Made by a program: the position numbers and the translations under genes
Notes under the pieces: generated by a model
The model's database searches: none
What the model was told of the DNA's origin: nothing
The model's input: only the letters and a program-made list of their open reading frames with translations
Origin: Minisyncoccia bacterium
GTDB taxonomy: Bacteria; Patescibacteriota; Minisyncoccia; 2-02-FULL-40-12; IGHO2-01-FULL-4-A
DNA length: 64,000 nt
Assembly: GCA_050015375.1 (NCBI GenBank)
Contig: JBEKBN010000001.1
Location: 34,683-98,682, forward strand
Reading direction: 5' to 3'
In this document: in pieces, positions 33,527-41,965 of the stretch
Layout of the letters: every line of letters starts with the position of its first letter
Numbering within the stretch: the stretch's first letter is position 1

Positions 33527-33690
33527 CCCTTGTAATCTGCAGGCAACTGAGGTCTTTTGATTCAACACCAAGCGGTCTCAATCGGAGTTTTTTCGCAGAT
33601 GGGCAATCTGGTTCCGACTGGATTAAACCTCGGTATTACTCTGCCCCGGGCTTCCTAGAAGTTCGGGAATTGCCTGCAGATTAGAAGGGT
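33527..33690. repeat. 164-nt element bounded by 20-bp inverted repeats (1 mismatch)
   Basis: CCCTTGTAATCTGCAGGCAA (33527-46) / TTGCCTGCAGATTAGAAGGG (33671-90). Interior holds an internal palindrome CCCGGGCTTCCTAGAAGTTCGGG. Confidence 0.55.
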
Positions 33691-33708
33691 TTTCCCTTGC
33701 CAAAAAAC

Positions 33709-35376
33709 TCACTGGCCAATAACCCTCATCACTTCCTCGATAGTGGTTTTGCCTTCGATAGCTTTGAGCAATCCGTCCTGAAGCAAAGTAATCATACCCT
33801 TAGCCACAGCCATTTCTCTAACATCGGAAATTGCCGGTGATCTCTGGATCAATTTCTCCAATTCTGGATCAATTTCAAATAATTCATAAACCCCGACCCG
33901 GCCGGAATAGCCGGTGGAATTGCAAGCCGCGCATTTGTCCGGATAAACGACCTCCGACTTCTCGTTGAAATTTTTCAAACGTTCATTGCCGTTTTTGGCG
34001 AACGCTTTTTTGATGATCTCAAAATCCTCTGGTTTTATTTTTTGTTTTTTGCCGCATTTTGGGCAAGGCCGGCGGACAAGACGCTGGGCCATGACGGCAT
34101 TGATGGCCGGAGCGATGGTGATGGGCTTGACCCCAAAGTCAATCAAGCGGGGGATAGCGCCGGCGGCGTCGTTGGTGTGAAGGGTCGAGAAAACCAAATG
34201 CCCGGTCAACGCCGCTTGCATGGCGATCTCGGCGGTCTCGACATCGCGGATCTCACCGACGAGAATGACGTCCGGGTCTTGGCGGACGATGGAACGGAGG
34301 CCGCTGGCGAAAGTATAACCGGCATCGGGTTCGACTTGGGTTTGGGCGATGCCTTCGATGTGATATTCAACCGGATCTTCAATGGTGATTATCTTGATGT
34401 CGGGATTGTTGATGTGTTTGATGAAAGCGTAAAGTGTCGTCGTCTTGCCTGAACCGGTCGGTCCGGTGGTCAGGATCGCGCCGGTGGTTTTGTCGAGTAA
34501 TTTTCTGATGATTTCCAAGGTGTCAGGACGCATGCCGAGATCTTCAAGTTTTTGTTTGATGGTCAACGGGTCGAGAATACGCATGACGATATCCTCGCCG
34601 TAACTTCCCGGCAGGATCGAAACCCGGACCTCGATGTCGTTGTCTTTTTCTCTGATTGTGAATCGGCCATCCTGAGGTGACTCGTGAATGTTTATTTTGA
34701 GACCCGACATCAATTTTATTCTTGAAAGCAATTGGCCGTAACCGTCGGGCGAAAAATTGACGACATCGTTCAAAACGCCGTCCAGCCGGTAGCGGAGGCG
34801 GATGGTTTTTTCCTCGGGTTCGAAATGAATATCGGAAGCCCCGATCTTCAAAGCGCCGGCGATGAGAATGTTGAGAACCTTGGTCACCGGCATGCTGGTC
34901 AGTTTGTCCTTGAGGTCGCTGATATTTTTGATCTCTTTTTCAATGCCCAAAATCCCGGTGTCTCCGATAGAAATGATATTGAGAGATTCTTGTGCCCCTC
35001 TCAAGGTGTAACGCTTCCAAGCCAAAGCCAAGCTGGTCTCAGAGACAACGGCCAGATCACAAATAAAACCGGCTGCCGCCAGTTTTGAGAGGGCTTCTTT
35101 GGTTTTGGGATTTTCCGGGTCAAGAACCGCCACTTTGAGCTTGCGGCCGGTCTTAGTGATGACGGCGAGTTGGCCGGCGTGGGCGTCGCTTTCGTCCAAA
35201 ACCGACAAAGCGTCTGAATCAATAGGGAAGGCCTTCAAATTGAGATAGGGAAGGCCGGTTTTTTTGGATAATTCCTTTGATTCGTCCTCAAATTGCTGGA
35301 GTTTCATCGCCTCCATCTTCTCATTGAGCTTTTTTTCGAGGTCGGAACTTGAATTGTTCGTGGTCTGTGGTGGCAT
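33709..35376 (-). CDS. type II/IV secretion-family ATPase (PilB/GspE-like)
   Basis: Walker A GPTGSGKTTTLYA; Asp/His boxes; C-terminal tetra-Cys CPKCG...CAACNSTGY of GspE/PilB. Confidence 0.85.
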   Translation of the reverse strand: MPPQTTNNSSSDLEKKLNEKMEAMKLQQFEDESKELSKKTGLPYLNLKAFPIDSDALSVLDESDAHAGQLAVITKTGRKLKVAVLDPENPKTKEALSKLAAAGFICDLAVVSETSLALAWKRYTLRGAQESLNIISIGDTGILGIEKEIKNISDLKDKLTSMPVTKVLNILIAGALKIGASDIHFEPEEKTIRLRYRLDGVLNDVVNFSPDGYGQLLSRIKLMSGLKINIHESPQDGRFTIREKDNDIEVRVSILPGSYGEDIVMRILDPLTIKQKLEDLGMRPDTLEIIRKLLDKTTGAILTTGPTGSGKTTTLYAFIKHINNPDIKIITIEDPVEYHIEGIAQTQVEPDAGYTFASGLRSIVRQDPDVILVGEIRDVETAEIAMQAALTGHLVFSTLHTNDAAGAIPRLIDFGVKPITIAPAINAVMAQRLVRRPCPKCGKKQKIKPEDFEIIKKAFAKNGNERLKNFNEKSEVVYPDKCAACNSTGYSGRVGVYELFEIDPELEKLIQRSPAISDVREMAVAKGMITLLQDGLLKAIEGKTTIEEVMRVIGQ

Positions 35377-35422
35377 GTACTAATTTTAACACTCAAAAGG
35401 TCTAATTTCTAAAAACTTATTC

Positions 35423-35490
35423 ACCCCGGTTAGAAGTCGGAAGTTTTTGACTTCCGCCGGCTCGCGTTAGCGAGCCGGACTTCTAACGGG
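35423..35490. repeat. CCCGTTAGA...TCTAACGGG-family palindromic element (variant GTTAGAAG)
   Basis: CCCCGGTTAGAAGTCGGAAGTTTTTGACTTCCGCCGGCTCGCGTTAGCGAGCCGGACTTCTAACGGGG; two internal hairpins. Confidence 0.6.
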
Positions 35491-35585
35491 GTTCACCTTA
35501 TTGACTTCGGTTTAGCAGTAATCACCCGCCCCGTCCAGAAAATTATCCACAGTCGGGATTGGCCTCCGACGAATTCGCATCCCCT

Positions 35586-35799
35586 CAGCCTTTTCTCGAG
35601 ACGCTTCGACTCTATGCGCCCAGCGGGCGCCTCATTGTCCTCCGCGTTTACGCTCCGGACAATCAAGGACGTCTCTCGCTTATCGTCGAATCCGTCCTCG
35701 TCCCTCCGCAGGCCTGCGGAGGGACACCTTGCTCGGACGTGAAAAACTTTGATTACAAGGATTTTTCACTGCGTCTTCGACGGTACTCGAGAAAAGGCC
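35586..35799 (+). ncRNA. candidate structured ncRNA / structured repeat, copy A (homologue of 53431-53687)
   Basis: Terminal inverted repeat CAGCCTTTTCTCGAG / CTCGAGAAAAGGC. Shares conserved blocks with copy B: CTCGAGACG.T.CGACTCTATG, CCCAGCGGG, ACAATC, CTTATCGTC, CCGTCCTCGTC, GACACCTTGCTCGGACGT, CTTCGACGGTACTC. Variable hairpins sit between blocks; one stem shows a compensatory change. Confidence 0.5.
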
Positions 35800-35899
35800 A
35801 AAGGGACGCCGATTTACATTCGGAGCCAAGCCCGACTTCTTCATGGAGGTTATTGGTTCTTTCAAAATTGGCTTGAGAGATATAGAATCGAAACATAGT

Positions 35900-36466
35900 A
35901 TGAGTATCCCAAAAAAATCGGCAATTGTTATAGTGGTGGTTTTGGCAGTTGGCGTTGGTTTGTGGGCGAGAAGGGCCAATGAAAACGAAATTGCTGCAAA
36001 ATTGGCGAGTGAGGAAACAGCGAATATCATTGCCACTCAAAACACGCCGGAGATTACACCGGAAGGAACATTGGCAAAAGTAATTCGGGTCATTGATGGC
36101 GATACGATCGTCATCGAAGGCGGGGAGCGCGTCAGATATATCGGCATGGACGCGCCCGAAACCGTTGACCCGAAAAAACCGGTTCAATGTTTCGGCCCGG
36201 AAGCTTCAGCTGAAAACAAATTGCTGGTCGAAGGCAAAACCGTCCGTCTGGAAAAAGATGTTTCTGACAAAGATATATATGGCCGCCTCTTGCGATATGT
36301 TTGGTTGGACGGTACCAACATTGACCTTGAATTGGTGCAACTTGGTTTTGCCTTCTCCGACCCTTTTCCACCAAACACAAAATACAAAAATCAAATTCTT
36401 CAAGCCGAACAATCCGCCCGCTCCGCTCATCTTGGTCTCTGGTCCGCCTGCCCGCCAAGGGATTAA
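35900..36466 (+). CDS. thermonuclease (staphylococcal nuclease/SNase-like), membrane-anchored
   Basis: N-terminal TM, then VIRVIDGDTIVIEGGERVRYIGMDAPE...GRLLRYVWLDG SNase fold motifs. Internal ATG 35900 (MSIPKKSAIVIVVVL) preferred over the track start. Confidence 0.7.
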   Translation: MSIPKKSAIVIVVVLAVGVGLWARRANENEIAAKLASEETANIIATQNTPEITPEGTLAKVIRVIDGDTIVIEGGERVRYIGMDAPETVDPKKPVQCFGPEASAENKLLVEGKTVRLEKDVSDKDIYGRLLRYVWLDGTNIDLELVQLGFAFSDPFPPNTKYKNQILQAEQSARSAHLGLWSACPPRD

Positions 36467-36583
36467 CTAGTGATACGGGTCATTTCCGCCATCTGATCAA
36501 CTAAATGATATCAGCCAGATTGATTTTTACCCCAAAAAGTGAAATGATTTGGTTGATGAGTCCACGGATAAACCCGAAACTAT

Positions 36584-37276
36584 TTGTATATGAATCTGCA
36601 GGAATTGAAACAATTGAAATTTAAGAATTTGGGAATTAGCCGAGAAAAATTCGGAAAAATTTATAGTTTCGTTGATTTTGGGAATGTTAATTATTGGTTT
36701 CATAGAGACAAAATTGGTCCCGATGCCGCGCCGCTTACCAATAATCAGCGGTTAATTGTCGATTTGGAAAAACTTTCCGAATTCTTATCGTTTTTTTCGG
36801 AGCAAAAGCGTTTTTATTACGGCTGGCACAGACGGCTTTCGCGATCACAACACATAATTATTAAAGCCGAAAAAGTTGGTTTTATTAAAATTACCAAGCC
36901 CATCCAATATATCAAACATTATATTTATGAGGAGAATGAATTTAACGGTGAAAAATCACGAATTCTGAAAGATACTCTCGGCGCAGAATATATTGAAATT
37001 CCAAAAAGCAATTTCGATGTTGAAATTACGCTAGACGCACTCCGACTGAAGAATGAATATGATACCCTCTGCCTTTTTTCTGGCGATAGCGATTTTGTCA
37101 GGTTAGTCCAATTTTTGGTAAAGGAAGAGAAACAAGTTATTATTGTAGCTTCGGGCCAGGTCTACTATGCGTTAAAAAAGTCGGCCAGCTTGTATATAAA
37201 CGCGCAACAGATTAAATCGTTTATTGTTTCAACAAAAGAAATCACGCCCCATAAGGGGCGCGATTTGGATATCTGA
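36584..37276 (+). CDS. NYN/LabA-like PIN-domain protein
   Basis: FVDFGNVNYW ... CLFSGDSDFVRLVQ motifs of the NYN (LabA-like) nuclease domain; AT-rich gene. Confidence 0.6.
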   Translation: MYMNLQELKQLKFKNLGISREKFGKIYSFVDFGNVNYWFHRDKIGPDAAPLTNNQRLIVDLEKLSEFLSFFSEQKRFYYGWHRRLSRSQHIIIKAEKVGFIKITKPIQYIKHYIYEENEFNGEKSRILKDTLGAEYIEIPKSNFDVEITLDALRLKNEYDTLCLFSGDSDFVRLVQFLVKEEKQVIIVASGQVYYALKKSASLYINAQQIKSFIVSTKEITPHKGRDLDI

Positions 37277-37412
37277 TCCGCATCCGCGGACAGGGTAGTT
37301 TTCACTACAAACCCATTCTACCACAGCGTTTGTGAAGAAAGCAAGAATTGTCCACAAGTCACAAGAATGAGTATCCTTGAAACTATTAGCTAATCAGCGT
37401 AAAAATTAAAAC

Positions 37413-38504
37413 ATGAATAACCCAACACCTTTTCAGCTAGAGTACCCATTAAGTCAAAGAAGAAAGTTTTGGAAAAAGCTCATTTCACGAACCATGTTTT
37501 TTATTGCCTTGTTTATTTTTATGGTGATTTTTTTGGGAGTTTTTGTAGCGATTGAAAGCAATTACGGAGGCCTCCTCGTGATAATTCCGATTTATCTGGT
37601 CGGAGTTTTAATTTTTGTCTTTCTCCCTTATTCAATTTATCTCGGGGCATACATAAAAAGATATTACTATGATGTTGGCGATAATTTTATCAGTATTCAA
37701 AAAGGGGTTTTTGGTCCGACAGAAATTCATGTACAATATCCTAAAATTCAAGATGTCTATGTTGATCAGGATATTTTTGATAGGATTTTTAGGATTTACG
37801 ATGTCCATATTGCTAGCGCAACGGCAACATCAGGAATAGAAGCCCACATTGATGGAGTGAATGCCGAAACCGCTGAAGTTTTGAAAAATATGATTCTTGG
37901 CAGGATTCAGGGATTTTCCGAACAGAGTGGAAATAGCCAACCGACCCAATCACAAGCGTCAGAACCTCGGGTCTTCACATTTGATAATAAAATATCCTCG
38001 GAAACTTACCCAATAAGCTCAGGTTGGTTGGTTTCTAAAATACCTGGAATTATCCTTGTTTCTGCCGTATATACTTATATTCTTTTTATTTTTTTAAATG
38101 CGTTTAAATTTAATTCCTTAGCCCTAGTTATTTTTGTTTTCTTGGTTTGTTTTGCTTTCAATTTTTTTTGGAAGTTAATTTGGAAATCGAAATATTATTT
38201 TGAATTTATGCCGGAATATATTTTGCAAAGAACTGGCATTATATCTAGACAGGAAAAACATCTACCCTATAGATCAATCCAAAATGTTACCATAAACCAA
38301 AGCTGGCTGGATAGGCTGTTAAATATCAGCAACATCAATATTGAAAATGCGGCTCAAATCACAGTCGGTTCCGGAAGAAACAGAAGAGTCATGAATGAGG
38401 GAGTGGTCGTTCCCGGATTATCAAATGATTTGGCCCAGTCTTTGTTGAGGGTAGCGAACGATGTTTCTTTGTCCAAATCAAATCCGTCTCAGATGGGGCT
38501 ATAA
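37413..38504 (+). CDS. membrane protein with bacterial PH (bPH_2/YdbT-like) domains
   Basis: Two TM hairpins, each followed by a ...G..EIHVQYPKIQDVYVDQDIFDRIFRIYDVHIASA-type bPH_2 segment; the second copy is ...LPYRSIQNVTINQSWLDRLLNISNINIENA. Confidence 0.5.
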   Translation: MNNPTPFQLEYPLSQRRKFWKKLISRTMFFIALFIFMVIFLGVFVAIESNYGGLLVIIPIYLVGVLIFVFLPYSIYLGAYIKRYYYDVGDNFISIQKGVFGPTEIHVQYPKIQDVYVDQDIFDRIFRIYDVHIASATATSGIEAHIDGVNAETAEVLKNMILGRIQGFSEQSGNSQPTQSQASEPRVFTFDNKISSETYPISSGWLVSKIPGIILVSAVYTYILFIFLNAFKFNSLALVIFVFLVCFAFNFFWKLIWKSKYYFEFMPEYILQRTGIISRQEKHLPYRSIQNVTINQSWLDRLLNISNINIENAAQITVGSGRNRRVMNEGVVVPGLSNDLAQSLLRVANDVSLSKSNPSQMGL

Positions 38505-38608
38505 CTGAAGATCTGTTGACTTAATTTTTCGCTTTTGCTATACTTGAATTTCAAGGTTGAATGCTTTTATGTCCGCTAGATAAGCGGGCATTTCTGTAAT
38601 ATAACAAA

Positions 38609-38742
38609 TGTCCGAGCGCAGGCGAACGAAGTGAGCCGAGCACGGAAACAGTTGTTAACCCAGCACATAAAGCGTTATGTGCTGGGTGTAAGAATTGTTT
38701 CCGCTCGCTTCGCACTTCGTGCTTGCTCGCGGACAATTCTAA
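38609..38742. repeat. 134-nt imperfect long palindrome immediately upstream of nusA
   Basis: TGTCCGAGCGCAGGCGAACGAAGTGAGCCGAGCACGGAAACA ... TGTTTCCGCTCGCTTCGCACTTCGTGCTTGCTCGCGGACA. Central perfect 13-bp hairpin ACCCAGCACATAA-AGCG-TTATGTGCTGGGT. Confidence 0.55.
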
Positions 38743-38743
38743 C

Positions 38744-40021
38744 ATGTTAGATACCAAACAATTCATTTCATCCATAAAACAGATCGCCGAGGAAAAAGGA
38801 ATTCCCCAGGACAAGGTCGTCGAAACGATCGAGGCGGCCATTGCCGCGGCCTACAAAAAGGACTACGGCGAAAAAGGCCAGATCATCCGGGCCAAACTGG
38901 ATGTCGAGACCGGCGATATCAAGATAAGCCAGGTCAAGTTCGTCGTCGAAGGCGTTGACGATGAGGGTTTTGTCATTGGCGAATTGCCCGAACATCATCG
39001 GATAGAAGATCGGGAAGAGCGGATCGAACAGGCCAGAAATCAACTTGAGAATTTGCCGGCCGACCAAATCCCGCCCGTTGAAGGCACGCCCGAGGAAGAA
39101 ATAAAAGTTAAATTCAATCCCGAGAAATATCTGACCCTTGTCGATGCCAAAAAAATCAATAAAAAATCAAAACTCGGCGACGAGATAATAACTCCTCTTG
39201 AAACCAAAACCGACTTTGGCCGGATCGCCGCCCAGACCGCCAAGCAAGTTATCATCCAGCGCTTGCGGGAAATTGAAAGGGAAGTCGTCTTTGAGGAATT
39301 CAAGAAAAAAGAAGGCGATGTCGTCTCGGGCGTCGTCCAAAGAAGCGAACGGCGAATGGTATATATCGACCTTGGCCGGACCAATGGCATCCTTTTACCG
39401 ACCGAGCAAATTCCGCAGGACAATTATCGCATTGGCCAGCGACTCCGGCTCTTGGTTTTAAGAGTTGAGGAAACCAGCAAAGGACCGGCGGTAATTTTGA
39501 GCCGTTCCCATCCCCGATTGGTTTTGAAATTATTTGAATTTGAAGTGCCGGAGATCGAAGCCGGCAGTGTGGTCATCAAAGCCATTGCCCGCGAAGCCGG
39601 TTCCCGCTCAAAGATCGCCGTGGCTTCCACCGATGAAGGCGTTGACCCGATAGGTTCCTTGGTTGGCCAAAAGGGCGTCAGGGTCCAGACGGTCATCAAT
39701 GAATTGGCCGGCGAGAAAATCGACATCATTGAATGGAACGACGACCCGGTCAAATTCATCGCCCACGCTTTGTCGCCGGCGAAAATTTTGGATATTAAAA
39801 TTATTGACGAAAAAAGACGCCATGTCTTGGCTGAGGTCGCCGACGACCAGTTCTCGTTGGCTATCGGCAAAAAGGGCCAGAACGTCCGGCTGGCGGCAAA
39901 ACTCACCGGCTGGAAAATCGATGTCCGGGCACCCCAGCAAAAAATATCATCCGAGGAAGTGATGGTTGACGAAGAAAATCCGGCGATCGTGCCGGCGGAA
40001 GAAATACCGGCGGTAAAATAA
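38744..40021 (+). CDS. nusA: transcription termination/antitermination factor NusA
   Basis: N-terminal domain, S1 domain and two KH domains (LIGQKGVRVQTV..., IGKKGQNVRLAAKLTGWKIDV). Confidence 0.9.
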   Translation: MLDTKQFISSIKQIAEEKGIPQDKVVETIEAAIAAAYKKDYGEKGQIIRAKLDVETGDIKISQVKFVVEGVDDEGFVIGELPEHHRIEDREERIEQARNQLENLPADQIPPVEGTPEEEIKVKFNPEKYLTLVDAKKINKKSKLGDEIITPLETKTDFGRIAAQTAKQVIIQRLREIEREVVFEEFKKKEGDVVSGVVQRSERRMVYIDLGRTNGILLPTEQIPQDNYRIGQRLRLLVLRVEETSKGPAVILSRSHPRLVLKLFEFEVPEIEAGSVVIKAIAREAGSRSKIAVASTDEGVDPIGSLVGQKGVRVQTVINELAGEKIDIIEWNDDPVKFIAHALSPAKILDIKIIDEKRRHVLAEVADDQFSLAIGKKGQNVRLAAKLTGWKIDVRAPQQKISSEEVMVDEENPAIVPAEEIPAVK

Positions 40022-40069
40022 AATTTTCCCAATTCGTATATTCGTAAAAATTCGTAATTTCGTAGTAAT

Positions 40070-41356
40070 ATGGAATCAACAACAAAAAAACTTCCCGACT
40101 CAAAAGTAAAATTGAGCGTCCGTCTGGACAAAGCCGAACTTCTTGAATTTGTCGAAGAAGCCGAGAAAATACTTGCCAGCGAGACCCACCTCGAAGGTTT
40201 CCGGCCTGGCAAAGCGCCGAAGGAAATTGTCCGCAAACGGATCGGTGAGGACAAGATCAAAGAGGAAGCATTGTCCATCGCGATCCGCTCCAGTTTCGCC
40301 GAAGCGATCAAAAAAGAAAAATTGGATGTCATTGACCAGGCCGATTTCAAGATCGGCAAAAACACGCCCGATTGCCTGGAATATGAGATGGTCCTTTCGG
40401 TTTTTCCGGCCGTGGTTTTGGGCAAATATACCGGTTTGAACATCAAAGAAAACAAAATTGCCGTGACCGAAGACGAAATTAAAAAGACTCTTGATGAATT
40501 GGTTAAAATGCAGGCCACCGCCAAAACCACCGACCGGCCGGCGAAAGCCGGCAACCGAGTAGAGGTCAATTTTGAAATATTTTCCGAAGGCAAATTAATA
40601 GACGGCGGTAAAAGCGAGAACCACCCGCTGGTCATCGGCGAGAAAAAATTCATTCCGGGTTTTGAGGAACAAATTGTCGGCATGCAAACCGGCGAGAAAA
40701 AATCGTTTGCCATTCAAGTGCCCGCCGATTATGTCCAAAAAGAGATTGCCGGCAAGGAGATCAAAATAGATCTGGAATTGGTGAAAGTCGAGGAATTGCT
40801 GGTGCCGGTTTTGGACGATGGTTTTGCCAAAAGCCTGGGCAAATTCGCCGATCTCACCGCGCTCAAAGAAAATTTGAAAAAAAGTTTGGAAGCCGAAAAA
40901 GAGGCCAAAGAAAAAGACCGCGTTCGGTTGGCGATATTGTCGGAGATCGTCGGCAAAAGCCAAATGGAATTGCCGGCGACTTTGGTGGAAGAACGCCTCG
41001 ATTCAATGATCCGCGACTTTGATGAGGACTTGCATCAAAAAGGGATGGAGCTTGGTTTGTATCTGGCTCATTTGAAAAAGACCCAGGACGATCTGCGAAA
41101 CGACTGGCGGCAAAAAGCCGAACAGCAGGTCAAGATGAGTATGGTCGCTCGGACCATCGCCCGCCAAGAAAAAATAGAAGTCAACGACGAAGATATTGAA
41201 AAAGAATTCGCCACCCTTTCCGACTATTACACCCGCCAAGGAATGCTCGAAGACCTCAAACAATCGGATCCGCTGGCGATAAGATCGCGGATAAAAGATG
41301 TTCTCCTGAACGAAAAAGTTTTTGACTTTCTGGAGAAGAACAATGTTCAAACTTAA
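40070..41356 (+). CDS. tig: trigger factor
   Basis: MESTTKKLPDSKVKLSVRLDKAELLEFVEEAEK...GFRPGKAPKEIVRKRIG ribosome-binding motif; FKBP-like middle domain. Confidence 0.9.
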   Translation: MESTTKKLPDSKVKLSVRLDKAELLEFVEEAEKILASETHLEGFRPGKAPKEIVRKRIGEDKIKEEALSIAIRSSFAEAIKKEKLDVIDQADFKIGKNTPDCLEYEMVLSVFPAVVLGKYTGLNIKENKIAVTEDEIKKTLDELVKMQATAKTTDRPAKAGNRVEVNFEIFSEGKLIDGGKSENHPLVIGEKKFIPGFEEQIVGMQTGEKKSFAIQVPADYVQKEIAGKEIKIDLELVKVEELLVPVLDDGFAKSLGKFADLTALKENLKKSLEAEKEAKEKDRVRLAILSEIVGKSQMELPATLVEERLDSMIRDFDEDLHQKGMELGLYLAHLKKTQDDLRNDWRQKAEQQVKMSMVARTIARQEKIEVNDEDIEKEFATLSDYYTRQGMLEDLKQSDPLAIRSRIKDVLLNEKVFDFLEKNNVQT

Positions 41357-41378
41357 ACCCCTCGCGAACGAGGGGTTT
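41355..41378 (+). terminator. hairpin directly after tig stop
   Basis: AAACCCCTCG-CGAA-CGAGGGGTTT 10-bp stem. Confidence 0.5.
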
Positions 41379-41401
41379 AAGCTGACCAACCAACCGGTTA
41401 C

Positions 41402-41424
41402 CTGCCGAGGCAGTTTTTCTCTTG
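41402..41424 (+). terminator. rho-independent terminator
   Basis: CTGCC-GAG-GCAG followed by TTTTTCTCTT. Confidence 0.5.
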
Positions 41425-41559
41425 CAAAAGAAGCGAAGCCGTTCTAAAATTAGAGTGACTTCGACGGCATCCCGCTAAAAGCGGGATGCAGGGTATTCGC
41501 AAGACCACGGCTGGTCAGTGTCTGGCATAAGTATAGCAGGTATAAAGTCGTTTGTCAAG

Positions 41560-41574
41560 CCCGTTAGAGTTGGC
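41560..41574. repeat. truncated copy (left arm only) of CCCGTTAGA palindromic element
   Basis: CCCGTTAGAGTTGGC, same start as the 19120 copy (CCCGTTAGAGTTAGC). No matching right arm downstream. Confidence 0.35.
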
Positions 41575-41583
41575 TCAACTTTC

Positions 41584-41961
41584 ATGTTTTCATCCAACAA
41601 ATACTCATTTTTTTTCTTGCGTTTGGGATTGGCGGCAGTTTTTCTGTGGTTTGGCGTAGACAAGCTCGTCAATCCCAACTACTGGCTGGCCACTTGGTGG
41701 CCGGGTCAACTTTCGAGTATTGTCAGTCATTTTAGTTTGTCAGAAACGCAAATGATCTACGCTCTGGGCGTTTTTGAGATCTTAACCGGTTTGAGCTTGC
41801 TCACGAATGTCTTCGCCAAATTCTTTTCAACCCTTGCAATAATTTATCTGGTTGCTATTCTGATCGTAAATGGCTGGACCGAAATTACCGTCAGGGATTT
41901 CGGCCTGATGGGAGGATTTCTGGCGATAATTTTCTGGCCCAAATTTCGAAGCCGTTTTTAA
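41584..41961 (+). CDS. DoxX-family membrane protein
   Basis: MFSSNKYSFFFLRLGLAAVFLWFGVDKLVNP... DoxX pattern with 3-4 TM helices. Internal ATG 41584 preferred. Confidence 0.6.
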   Translation: MFSSNKYSFFFLRLGLAAVFLWFGVDKLVNPNYWLATWWPGQLSSIVSHFSLSETQMIYALGVFEILTGLSLLTNVFAKFFSTLAIIYLVAILIVNGWTEITVRDFGLMGGFLAIIFWPKFRSRF

Positions 41962-41965
41962 CCTT

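Noticed and set aside
35559-35876. 105-aa ORF spanning structured element copy A
   Set aside because: It runs through hairpins and inverted repeats that are conserved as nucleotide blocks, not codons, with copy B. No homologous ORF exists at copy B.
41425-41560. Possible additional palindromic element between tig terminators and doxX (CATCCCGCTAAAAGCGGGATG hairpin plus GCCGTTCTAAAATTAGAG)
   Set aside because: Only a 7-bp hairpin and a partial CCCGTTAGAGTTGG left arm. No matching right terminus, so only the half copy is recorded.
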